Assembly (NCBI GenBank): GCA_038887295.1
Contig: JAWAKW010000001.1
Span: 11,967-75,966 of the forward strand
DNA length: 64,000 nucleotides
Direction: 5' to 3'
Origin: Candidatus Anstonellaceae archaeon
GTDB lineage: Archaea; Micrarchaeota; Micrarchaeia; Anstonellales; Anstonellaceae
Shown here: piece after piece, positions 46,611 to 55,294 of the stretch
How the letters are laid out: each line of letters begins with the position of its first letter
Numbering within the stretch: the first letter of the stretch is position 1
The notes under the pieces: generated by a model
What the model was told of the DNA's origin: nothing
Seen by the model: the letters and a program-made list of their open reading frames with translations, nothing else
The model's database searches: none
Made by a program: the position numbers and the translations under genes

Positions 46611-48049
46611 CTTTCCTCAAGCACAAGCAGGGCTGGAGCCTGCTGTATCTTCTTTACGGATGAAAAGACTGCTATTATGTCTTTTTCCTCCGCCCCAAGC
46701 TCGCGCAACAAAGACACCAAAAATGGCCGACCATACCCGAATTTTTCAATCAAAAACACAAATTGACTTGCCGAAAGGGAATAGTTGTTGCGGGCAAATT
46801 CTGAAAGCACCAGCTTTGCTTGCCTATCCGTAAGACCGCAAGAAATCAACTTCCTCAAAAGCTCCTCTTTTTCAAACTCCAAATCCATCCCATCCCCCCT
46901 TATGCTAAGCTGAACCAGTGGCTCCTCGCCTTCCACCTTTTCAAGTAAAAATGTGCCGTGCCTTGGCTGGGGCAAGGCAAATTCCATATGGACAAGCGGC
47001 TGCCCCAAAGAAAGAAAATGCGACTGCTTCTCGAAAAAGTCGGAATAAGAAAGTGAGCTTTTCAGATATTCTCGCTCTGCTGCGCTTGTGAGCCTGAAGG
47101 CAAGTACTGTTCCTGCGCACGCAAAAATGCTGCGGTGAATATCTGTTGGGTTTTGAGAGGCTACGATGAGGGAAAAGCCGTATTTCCTTCCTTCTCTTAT
47201 TATCGAAACCACTTCGGACCGGCTATCTGCAGCTATCTTCCATGCCTCATCACACACCACAAAAAGCCGCACAGCGCGCTCCTGAAGGCTTTCGACCCGC
47301 ATACGCTCTTTTATAAACTGCAGGATTGCAAGCCCTGCAAGGCTCCTTAACTCATCTGAAGCTAAGCTATGCAAATCCACACACACCAGGCCCGACGTAA
47401 GCTTGTTGAGGTCGATGGATTGCTCTATGAAAGATTTGCCAGAAGAGAAAATGAGGTTTTTTATCCGAAAGGCAGCTTCCTTACTCTCTTCTGCTCCTTT
47501 GCGCTCCAAAATCCTCTGCACGTCTTTTAAGGTAGGTTTTTTCTTTGAATTATAGGCTTTTTCTATTGCCTCTTGAGTAATCCTTTTTTGCGCAGGGAAA
47601 GAGGAGATATCTGTAATAATTTCAAGCGCTTCCATCACTTGCTTTATGCGCTTTGGGGCAGTAGTGCCCCCTAAATCAAGCAGGTTTATCCCTTCTTTGC
47701 CAAACGAAACTACTTCTCCGCCGGCTGCTTTAACCCAGGAAGAATACTCACCTGCCCAATCCAAAATCAACGCATTTGCGCTAAAAGTCAGCCTAGCTCG
47801 GGTAATGAATGTTTTGACAAAGTAGGATTTGCCTGAACCTGTAATTCCGACTACGCAAATATGCGGGTTGAGGAGCTTTTCTGGGTCCCAAAAAACCGGC
47901 ACGTGGAGGAATTTTGTCTTTCCAATGTAAATGGATTTTGAAGGATTACTTACAAGTGATTGACTGGCTGGTTCTGGAGGGCGGGAGAGCGGGAATCTGG
48001 ATGCTAGTTCGTCAGAAAGTAGCCTTTTGCATACCAAGTTGCCGCACAT
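46607..48049 (-). CDS. VirB4/HerA-like (DUF87) ATPase
   Basis: NPHICVVGITGSGKS, ILDWAGEY, VVCDEAW, REGRKYG.SLIVASQNPTD. Confidence 0.9.
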   Translation of the reverse strand: MCGNLVCKRLLSDELASRFPLSRPPEPASQSLVSNPSKSIYIGKTKFLHVPVFWDPEKLLNPHICVVGITGSGKSYFVKTFITRARLTFSANALILDWAGEYSSWVKAAGGEVVSFGKEGINLLDLGGTTAPKRIKQVMEALEIITDISSFPAQKRITQEAIEKAYNSKKKPTLKDVQRILERKGAEESKEAAFRIKNLIFSSGKSFIEQSIDLNKLTSGLVCVDLHSLASDELRSLAGLAILQFIKERMRVESLQERAVRLFVVCDEAWKIAADSRSEVVSIIREGRKYGFSLIVASQNPTDIHRSIFACAGTVLAFRLTSAAEREYLKSSLSYSDFFEKQSHFLSLGQPLVHMEFALPQPRHGTFLLEKVEGEEPLVQLSIRGDGMDLEFEKEELLRKLISCGLTDRQAKLVLSEFARNNYSLSASQFVFLIEKFGYGRPFLVSLLRELGAEEKDIIAVFSSVKKIQQAPALLVLEER

Positions 48050-48931
48050 CTAAAAGCGACCGATAATTTTTGATTTGAGTATGGGAAGGATGTCAATCTT
48101 TGAAGCTTCTGATGCTATGGTATTTGATGCGACTATTTCTTCTGCGCCTGCTTCCTGAAGCTTTGTGTACGCATCCCCAAGGAAAAGGCCGTGCGTGCAG
48201 CCGCAGAACGCGCTTTTTGCTCCTAATGCAATTACTGCGCGCACTGCCTTTATCATAGTCCCGCCACCTGCAATCATATCGTCGAGAATGACCACATTCC
48301 TGTCCTTCACGTCAAAAGAAGTGTCAAGCGCTTCCACAGGTCTAACTGCTTTGTTTTTTGAATTTTTGTAATCGCCGCGCTTTTTGACCATGCTTTTTCC
48401 ACCTATTTCATTCACAAGGTATGCTGCCCCTTGGTCTGGGGTGATAAAAAGCGGGTCCTGGACTTTTGCCTTGAAGTAATTGATGAGCTCTTCTGATAAT
48501 GAAAAGTTGCGTATCCTAAGCCCTCCATAAACTGTTTCTCCTGGCTTTTTGATGAAGTGGCAGTCGAAAGTTGCAAGGGAAGCAAAGCCTGCGTCTGAAA
48601 GCAGCTCGCAGACCGCTTCGGCAGAAAGCACTTCTCCTTCCTTCCATATTTTGTCCTGCCTTGCATAAGGAAGATAGGGGACTATTGCCTCCACCCTTGC
48701 TGCGATTTTTGAAAGTGTTTTTCCAATCAACATAAGTTGAAGAAGTGAAGTGTCCTGCTTTGGGTAGCAGCGATGAAGAACCTGCACTTCTGCGCCTTTG
48801 TAGGAATCCAAATCATGTATGAATATGTGGCTTTCTTTGTCTGGGAAGCTTTTCAGCTCTATGTTTGCTTTGAACAAATATGAGCAGTTTTGGCTGACAA
48901 GCAATCTGACTGGGCTTGCAGAGGCGACCAT
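48050..48931 (-). CDS. prs: Ribose-phosphate pyrophosphokinase
   Basis: FPDKE, PYLPYARQD, PDQGA, VILDDMIAGGGT, THGLF. Confidence 0.93.
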   Translation of the reverse strand: MVASASPVRLLVSQNCSYLFKANIELKSFPDKESHIFIHDLDSYKGAEVQVLHRCYPKQDTSLLQLMLIGKTLSKIAARVEAIVPYLPYARQDKIWKEGEVLSAEAVCELLSDAGFASLATFDCHFIKKPGETVYGGLRIRNFSLSEELINYFKAKVQDPLFITPDQGAAYLVNEIGGKSMVKKRGDYKNSKNKAVRPVEALDTSFDVKDRNVVILDDMIAGGGTMIKAVRAVIALGAKSAFCGCTHGLFLGDAYTKLQEAGAEEIVASNTIASEASKIDILPILKSKIIGRF

Positions 48932-48965
48932 GAAATTATTTGGGAAGGAAATTTAAAACCACTCG

Positions 48966-49442
48966 CTATCCAAACAGCCTGCTAAAGACTGCAAAAATTG
49001 ACGGCTTGCTTGCCTTCCAATCTCCTCTTTTTGAGCAGACGGCGCATATTGTAAGCCCACTTGGCAGCACCTTGAACTTGTCCGTTTTTGCATTGCAAAA
49101 AGAGCAGAAGACTTGACTTTTAGTCCGTATTGCGCAGTCTGTGTGGGCTATTGATGCATCTGCGAGGCGAAGTTGCTTTTGGAAGCTCTCTATTTTTTGC
49201 CCGCAAATTCTGCAGAAAGGAAGGCGTTCCTTGCGCTCGATTTCTCCTGCACAGAAGCTGCAAAAAAGAGAGCCTCCCTTCCTTTTTGCCTCATCTACAC
49301 GCAAGCGCGTCCCGCACTTTGAGCAAAATGCAGTACTTTCTGCCCCTTTGCGGACATAGCAAGGAATGCAAAGCATGCCCCGTGGGTAATATGCTGAATC
49401 AAACTCATCTACCAGCGCTCCGCAGGTGAGGCAGTGTGGCAT
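48966..49442 (-). CDS. Tandem Zn-finger protein (four CxxC...C/HxxC units)
   Basis: CLTC..CIPC, CSKC..CSFC, CRIC..HTDC, CSFC..CAVC. Confidence 0.8.
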   Translation of the reverse strand: MPHCLTCGALVDEFDSAYYPRGMLCIPCYVRKGAESTAFCSKCGTRLRVDEAKRKGGSLFCSFCAGEIERKERLPFCRICGQKIESFQKQLRLADASIAHTDCAIRTKSQVFCSFCNAKTDKFKVLPSGLTICAVCSKRGDWKASKPSIFAVFSRLFG

Positions 49443-49452
49443 AAAACCTACG

Positions 49453-49953
49453 CTAAAAGTTATAAGTGGAGATTTTGTAAAATTTAAGGCTGTCCGGCGT
49501 ACCGCAAGCCACAATCAAGTCCAGCCTTGCAAGGTGTGCTACCTTCACTTCCTCTTCCAAGGATTTGAGTGAAGGCGCCTTTCCAGGCAAAAGACATACA
49601 AGGTGGGAGGGCCGCTCTTCCTCTCTACCTATTCCTGGCGCATATGCCCGAAGGTATTTGATCCCTTTCGAGAAGAGGCGGACTTGCCTGCCTGTTGCGC
49701 GTATGTGACAATAAACCGCAAATGCAAACCCAAAGAGCTTGTCTTTCTTTGACTGCGAACGCATAAACTGCTGAAGCGAACTTTTTTGGATGGAAGATTT
49801 GCCTTTACTTACCAAATAAGCCACTTCCAAAGGGTGGAAAAGGACGCTGCCTTCTTGCTCTATTCCGAATCCTGCTTCTTGGAATTGCTGCTGGAGGGCA
49901 GGGTCCTGTTCGACAAAAAGGTTTGTTTTTTTGTATTTGCAAAACATCTTCAC
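49453..49953 (-). CDS. Single-unit EndA-like protein with a degenerate catalytic triad
   Basis: FG....FHPLEVAYL, FAVY..IR..G..V, LRAY..G, VAHLAR.DLIVA, KFYKI. Confidence 0.75.
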   Translation of the reverse strand: MKMFCKYKKTNLFVEQDPALQQQFQEAGFGIEQEGSVLFHPLEVAYLVSKGKSSIQKSSLQQFMRSQSKKDKLFGFAFAVYCHIRATGRQVRLFSKGIKYLRAYAPGIGREEERPSHLVCLLPGKAPSLKSLEEEVKVAHLARLDLIVACGTPDSLKFYKISTYNF

Positions 49954-51101
49954 ACCTGCTTTTTCAGAAAATCAATTTCGTCCTCCTCAAACCTAAATGA
50001 GGGCGGCAGCTTACCTTTTTTTGCAAGTAGCCCGAAGAGCCCAAGGTAACTTTGGGCGCCTGTAATAGAGCAGTGGGTGGCTGCAGCTATTTTGCGCAGA
50101 ACGGCCGCCCTTGTGGAGCGCAAGGATTTGCTTGATCCCATTTGCTTCAAAAAAGATGGAAACTCAAGCTTGGGGTAGCCAAGTTTGAAGGTTTTTGCAA
50201 CAGCAACGCCAGCACTCATCAAATCGGTGGAGTAGCGTAAGTGGCCGTGGTATTGTGCCCTGCTTATTCTTCCGTCAAAAACATCTGCACGGGAAAGGGA
50301 GTCGTAGGCGTCTGCAATTTCAAAGGGCTTGGAATAGCAGTTTGAAATATTATGCGCTATCCAAAGTTTCAGTGTGTCATGGTCAACATCTGAGAAGAAG
50401 GCTGCCTTTCTTGCCTCACTATAGGTGTTGGAGGAGAAAATCGAGGAGAGTGTGTCAAAAATGCTTTTTTGCACATCCCGTACAGAAGAGGTGTTTCCTG
50501 CCTGCAAATCATTTATGGCTGCTCGCACATCCCCCCCGCAAGAGGAGGTAATTTGCAAAATCTGCTGTGGGGAAAGCTGCGGATGCTGTTGCTTTGCAAT
50601 TGCAGAAAGAAGTTTTGCGATGGTTGCTGCAGGTATTCTCCGCAGCTGTATTGGTTGGCAGTGCTGCCTGATTGATTGGAGCTTTCGGTCATAGAAATCC
50701 AGCGCAGTCAGAATAATCGGCTGGCGGGCTTCTGAAAGAAGGGAGGAAATTGCTCCTGCGCCCCCTCGGTCATTTGTGCCGGAAAGCGCATCCACATCAT
50801 CAATAAGCAGTAGGCGAAAGCTGCTGAAAAGCGAACCTGACTGCGAAGCGTTTTTGAGGATGTGGTTGACGGTTTCCTCGTCTCTCAAATCAGAGGAATT
50901 GAATTCAAAAAGCTCCCATCCAAATTCGTTTGCAACCGCATAAGCTATTGCGGTTTTTCCCGTGCCTGGCGGGCCCCAAATCAACAAGGGCTTTTGCGGC
51001 TTTCCGCTTTGCCACCCTTCTGCCCACTGGCGCACTTGTGCAACTGCTGAAGAGTTTCCTATAATTTCAGATAGCTTGGAGGGTTTGTGAAGCGAAATCA
51101 T
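49950..51101 (-). CDS. rfcL: Replication factor C large subunit
   Basis: HKP..SEIIGN, GPPGTGKT, EFNSSDLR, IDDVD...DRG, GDVRAAINDLQ, LSRADVFDGRI. Confidence 0.93.
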   Translation of the reverse strand: MISLHKPSKLSEIIGNSSAVAQVRQWAEGWQSGKPQKPLLIWGPPGTGKTAIAYAVANEFGWELFEFNSSDLRDEETVNHILKNASQSGSLFSSFRLLLIDDVDALSGTNDRGGAGAISSLLSEARQPIILTALDFYDRKLQSIRQHCQPIQLRRIPAATIAKLLSAIAKQQHPQLSPQQILQITSSCGGDVRAAINDLQAGNTSSVRDVQKSIFDTLSSIFSSNTYSEARKAAFFSDVDHDTLKLWIAHNISNCYSKPFEIADAYDSLSRADVFDGRISRAQYHGHLRYSTDLMSAGVAVAKTFKLGYPKLEFPSFLKQMGSSKSLRSTRAAVLRKIAAATHCSITGAQSYLGLFGLLAKKGKLPPSFRFEEDEIDFLKKQV

Positions 51102-51161
51102 CAGATGAAATAAGGAAGGATAATTTAATAGCTGCGCTGCTTTAACAAAAGGGGATTGTGG

Positions 51162-52304
51162 ATGTTGATTGGGGTGGTTGGTGCCCCGAACAAGGGCAAA
51201 AGCACTTTTTTTTCTGCTGCAACTGCACTTGATGTGCCTATTGCAAATTATCCATTCACCACTATAAACCCAAATAAAGGGGTGACTTATATTCGTGCAG
51301 AATGCCCGCACCAGCTGCTTGGGGTTTCCGGATGCAGAAGATGTGATGATGGGGTTCGGCTTGTCCCTGTAAACATAATAGATGTAGCTGGGTTGGTGCC
51401 TGGGGCTCATGAAGGAAAGGGATTGGGCAACCAGTTTTTGGACAATTTGCGCCAGGCAGACGTACTTATACAGGTGGTGGACGGCAGCGGGATGACGGAT
51501 TTGCAAGGAAACCAAGCTTCTGGGCAGGATCCTCTTGAAGAAGTTTTGTTTCTTCAAGATGAAATTGCTTGGTGGGTTTTGGGGATATTAAAGAGGCAAG
51601 GGAAGCCACATATGACACCTCAGGATGCCGCAAAGGTTTTGAGCGGGTTGAAAATAAGTGAGGGTATGCTTTTTGAGGCTGCAAGGCAGTGTGGTTTGGA
51701 TATTTCTGACGGTATGCCTGAGGGAGAGGACGCATTTAGACTTGCAAAAGTGCTTGTGTCAATCAGGATGCCTGTAGTGGTGGCATTCAACAAGATGGAT
51801 TTGCCGCAGGCAAGGCAGAACTACAAAAAGGCGTCTGCAGCCTTGAAAGAAATTTTCCCTTGCTGTGCTGCGGCTGAGCTTGCACTGAGGAAAGCAGCAA
51901 AAGGCGGCTTGATAAAATATTTACCAGGGGATTGCAGCTTTGAGGTTGTGGGGGCGCCTGATGAAAGGCAAAAAGAGGCATTGACACAGCTTTCTTTGAT
52001 GATTAAAGAATTGGGAAACACGGGTGTACAACAGATAATAGAATATGTGGTAAGAAAAAAGCTCAAAGGGATTGTGGTTTATCCTGTGGAGGACGAGCAC
52101 AAGTGCACCAACCACAAAGAAGAAGTTTTGCCTGATGCTTTGTTGGTCCCTGAAGGGACCACTACCTTACAGCTTGCAGAGCTGATACACACCGAGCTTG
52201 CCTCGAAATTCATCTGTGCAATAGATGTGAAAAGGAAGGTTCGCGTTGGGGCAGAGCATAAGCTTAAGGATGGAGATGTAATAAAGGTGGTTTCTGGAAG
52301 ATGA
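51162..52304 (+). CDS. ychF: YchF-like Obg-family ATPase with TGS domain
   Basis: GAPNKGKSTFF, NYPFTTINPN, DVAGLVPGAH.GKGLGNQFL, NKMD, IHTEL. Confidence 0.92.
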   Translation: MLIGVVGAPNKGKSTFFSAATALDVPIANYPFTTINPNKGVTYIRAECPHQLLGVSGCRRCDDGVRLVPVNIIDVAGLVPGAHEGKGLGNQFLDNLRQADVLIQVVDGSGMTDLQGNQASGQDPLEEVLFLQDEIAWWVLGILKRQGKPHMTPQDAAKVLSGLKISEGMLFEAARQCGLDISDGMPEGEDAFRLAKVLVSIRMPVVVAFNKMDLPQARQNYKKASAALKEIFPCCAAAELALRKAAKGGLIKYLPGDCSFEVVGAPDERQKEALTQLSLMIKELGNTGVQQIIEYVVRKKLKGIVVYPVEDEHKCTNHKEEVLPDALLVPEGTTTLQLAELIHTELASKFICAIDVKRKVRVGAEHKLKDGDVIKVVSGR

Positions 52305-52348
52305 ATTGGTTAAAAGCTTATAGGAAGAAAGAGGACAAAGGTGGTAAG

Positions 52349-53764
52349 ATGAATAGGCTTTTGGAAGCTGCTGCTCTTTTTGCTATTGCTGCGTTAGTGC
52401 TAATTTATTTTACATCCCAGCAGGCTGCCTCAAAGCCACAATCCACTGCTGAAGAGCTTTTCATAAACGCGCTTCAAAAGGACTTGGAGCTGGAAAACTC
52501 GTATTTGAGATATATAGATATTGAAAACAAAGTTAGAAAGAGCTACACTGTGCTTAAAGGAAGTAATGTAAGTTGGGTGAAGGAAGAGGGGGAGTATGGA
52601 GCTCTTGAGGCTTTCTTTAGCAACAACAGCAGTGTGCTTTGTCTTACTTACATGCAAAACAGAAAATGCACTGATGAGTTTGACAGCAACACTCAGCAGT
52701 TGTTGAGGTATCTTTCTACAAGGCTGCCGGAAAAGCAAGCTGCTCAGCAAAACATACAACTCACAAAGAAGCTCATTGAGGTGGGCGCGATCAAATTTTC
52801 AAATGAAATTGATTTAGAGAAGGTTGGGAAGTTTGAAGCGCAAAAAATAAAATACAACTTAGATTACCGCCACCTTACTGTACAAAACCTGACTGCTATT
52901 GGGATATCTCCCAATGACCCAAGAATATATAGTGTTGTTGATTGGGAGGTGTTAAGCTGGATTGATAAAAAAAGCGGGAGACTGGTAAAAAGCCAGACAA
53001 GATACAACCAAAACGGACTGATTTACTCTTTTGTGAGGGAGTTTGAGGAGATTGAAGTACCCACCAGCAGGGTAGTTGAAAAGCCGACTGAGGTAGTAGG
53101 CAAAGAGCAATTTGCTGTGTTTTATACTGCTGCAGAGGAAGACTATTCTGCAAAGCAAACCTGCTTGGTGCTGCAAGAACAAGAAAGATGGGGTTGTTTG
53201 AAGGGGCTGGCTGTAGAGAAGAAGTCTGAGGAGATTTGTAATTTGATTGGGCATACGCAAGAAAGGGAGAGGTGTTTTTTGATTTTGGCCCAACTTACAA
53301 GAAATGAGGAGATTTGCGCCCGTTTGCAAGAGTTTGGAGATGATTGTTATATTGCAGTTGTAAGTGAAATAGGAAAAAAGGAGCTTTGCAGCATGCTGAA
53401 AAACCAAGATTTGACTGAGGTGTGCCAGCGCGCTGTTTTGATTGGGGAGAGAAAAGAGGCTGAAAGGAAGGCGGAAGAAGAGCAGCGGCTTGCTGGAAGG
53501 AATTGCCAAACCGATCAGGACTGCTATGTTGCAGGCAACCAGAACCAGTATTGCGTGCCTTTGAGCAATAAAGGCCCTTTTGTAAATGAAACCTCCCCAC
53601 TGTTTGATTGCTTGAAGGGAGTAGCGTGTGGTTGTGTGGAGGGATATTGCGCATTCAAGAAGGATCAGAAATATTACGAATGCGTGAACCGAGTGGAAGA
53701 TGAGATGATAAAGGAGATGATAAGCAGCTTCATAAAAAACCAAAGTGAAAAACAGAGTGGGTAG
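52349..53764 (+). CDS. Secreted multidomain protein (beta-sheet domain, Cys-pair repeats, Cys-cluster domain)
   Basis: N-terminal TM; WIDKKSGRLVK; C..(I/L)......C repeats; CQTDQDC...CGCVEGYC. Confidence 0.8.
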   Translation: MNRLLEAAALFAIAALVLIYFTSQQAASKPQSTAEELFINALQKDLELENSYLRYIDIENKVRKSYTVLKGSNVSWVKEEGEYGALEAFFSNNSSVLCLTYMQNRKCTDEFDSNTQQLLRYLSTRLPEKQAAQQNIQLTKKLIEVGAIKFSNEIDLEKVGKFEAQKIKYNLDYRHLTVQNLTAIGISPNDPRIYSVVDWEVLSWIDKKSGRLVKSQTRYNQNGLIYSFVREFEEIEVPTSRVVEKPTEVVGKEQFAVFYTAAEEDYSAKQTCLVLQEQERWGCLKGLAVEKKSEEICNLIGHTQERERCFLILAQLTRNEEICARLQEFGDDCYIAVVSEIGKKELCSMLKNQDLTEVCQRAVLIGERKEAERKAEEEQRLAGRNCQTDQDCYVAGNQNQYCVPLSNKGPFVNETSPLFDCLKGVACGCVEGYCAFKKDQKYYECVNRVEDEMIKEMISSFIKNQSEKQSG

Positions 53765-53852
53765 CGGGCCTAGTGGGATTCGAACCCACGACACGTGGAT
53801 TGCTCTGCGGGGCTTAAGAGTCCACCGCTCTACCAAGCTGAGCTATAGGCCC
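53765..53852 (-). tRNA. tRNA-Lys(CUU) with a 14-nt canonical intron (53801-53814)
   Basis: GGGCCTA/TAGGCCC-G; GTGGA-CT-CTT-A[AGCCCCGCAGAGCA]A-TCCAC; BHB helix CUCU/AGAG. Confidence 0.95.
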
Positions 53853-53900
53853 GTTTGCATATGGAAAGAAGTATATAAAAGTTTTTAGAGTGGCGGGGTT

Positions 53901-54890
53901 ATGGAAGAGATTGAAAAAAGGATTGCAGACCTGACTGCTCCAGTCTCAGAAAGGATTCGTGAAGTTTTCTCAAAAAACAAGAAGCCGTTTGAGGTATACG
54001 GCCTTCTTTCTGAATTTCTACTTGTAAAAGGTAAAATGCTTCGGCCCGCCCTCTGCCTTGCCGCGTGCATGGCAACACACGGCAAAGTAACCAAAGACGC
54101 CATTCATGCTGCCGCAGCTGTTGAAATGTTCCACAACTTCACTTTGATACATGACGATATTGAAGATGCTTCGCTTCTTAGACGCGGCATGCCATGCATG
54201 CATATAAAGTACGGGGTTCCGCTTGCCTTGAATGCAGGAGATGGGCTGTTCATGTTGGTTTGGCGGGAAACGATGGAAATAAAGAAGAACAAGGAACTTG
54301 CGCAAAAGAGGCTTTTGGATGCTTTCACAGGTGTGTTGGAGGGGCAAGCAATTGAGCTTGGTTGGTATTGGAAAAACAAGTGGGAGGTTGGAAGGGAGGA
54401 TTATTTTGATGTAGTTCAGGGAAAGACGGGTTGTTTGATTGCTGGTGCTTGTGAAGTAGGAGGGATTGTGGGAGGTGCAAGTAAAGCGCAGCAAAAGGCA
54501 CTTTATGATTTTGGTATGGGAATAGGTGTTGGGTTTCAGATAATGGATGACGTACTAAATATTATTGGAGAGGAGAAAAAGTATGGAAAAGAAATTGGTG
54601 GGGACATTGTGGAGGGAAAGCGAACACTTATTGTGGTGCGCGCCTTAGAACTTTTGGGGCAAAGTAAAAAAGAGGAGCTGCTTTCAATATTGAAAAAGAA
54701 AGAGAAAACCAAACAAGAAGTTGAACGTGCAATTTTGTTGTTGAAAGAGTCTGGGGGAGTAAATGAAGCGATTAAAGAGGCAGAAAGAAGGGTAAGGGAA
54801 GGGATTGGGAAGTTGGATTTGTTGAAAGAAAATGAAGGGAAGAGGTTGTTAGTTCAGATTGCAGATTATATAACGAAGCGGCAGCGGTAG
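53901..54890 (+). CDS. idsA: Polyprenyl (geranylgeranyl) diphosphate synthase
   Basis: GKMLRP, NFTLIHDDIED..LRRG, NAGD, EGQ, KTG, FQIMDDVL, DIVEGK. Confidence 0.93.
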   Translation: MEEIEKRIADLTAPVSERIREVFSKNKKPFEVYGLLSEFLLVKGKMLRPALCLAACMATHGKVTKDAIHAAAAVEMFHNFTLIHDDIEDASLLRRGMPCMHIKYGVPLALNAGDGLFMLVWRETMEIKKNKELAQKRLLDAFTGVLEGQAIELGWYWKNKWEVGREDYFDVVQGKTGCLIAGACEVGGIVGGASKAQQKALYDFGMGIGVGFQIMDDVLNIIGEEKKYGKEIGGDIVEGKRTLIVVRALELLGQSKKEELLSILKKKEKTKQEVERAILLLKESGGVNEAIKEAERRVREGIGKLDLLKENEGKRLLVQIADYITKRQR

Positions 54891-54936
54891 GTAAGTTTTT
54901 TAAACTAAAACCGAGATTAGAGTGCGCAAGGTGATT

Positions 54937-55197
54937 ATGATGACAATGAAGGTATCAAAGATTTATGGAATGGATATTTATACCGATGGGGGAAAGTTCT
55001 TGGGCCGTGTGCAGGAGGTTTTATTGGATCTTGAAAAGGGAGAAGTGGTCCGCCTTACAATGGAACCTCTTAATTCTGTTTCCAAAGAGGAGGCAAAACG
55101 CATCCTTCGTGACCGCTCAGTGCTTTACAAAAGTGTCAAATCAATAGAAGATGTAGTAGTGGTATCTAAAGGTTCTGCTTTTGGGCCTGAAGAATAA
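54937..55197 (+). CDS. PRC-barrel protein (CdpB-like cell division candidate)
   Basis: SKIYGMDIYTDGGKFLGRVQEVLLD...V.Y..VKSI.DVVVV; GGTGAT RBS. Confidence 0.85.
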   Translation: MMTMKVSKIYGMDIYTDGGKFLGRVQEVLLDLEKGEVVRLTMEPLNSVSKEEAKRILRDRSVLYKSVKSIEDVVVVSKGSAFGPEE

Positions 55198-55266
55198 GAT
55201 CGGCTGCAAAGGGGCCCCTTACTTCCACTATTTTTGCTTCTTTTCTTTGAGCTTGAATAAAGGTTG

Positions 55267-55294
55267 AAAAATTGTAACTATGGTTACAAAAAAT
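55267..55294. other. dif-like 11-6-11 inverted repeat
   Basis: AAAAATTGTAA-CTATGG-TTACAAAAAAT (TAA-N6-TTA core) in an unusually large convergent gap, at an apparent skew switch. Confidence 0.4.

Noticed and set aside
46607..48049. Canonical HerA of the herA-nurA-mre11-rad50 operon, or a HerA defence system
   Set aside because: No N-terminal HAS barrel and no nuclease or Sir2 neighbour
53765..53852. Reading this tRNA as Leu(TAA) with a long variable arm
   Set aside because: The GTGGA/TCCAC stem places CTT at 34-36, and the extra 14 nt form a perfect BHB intron
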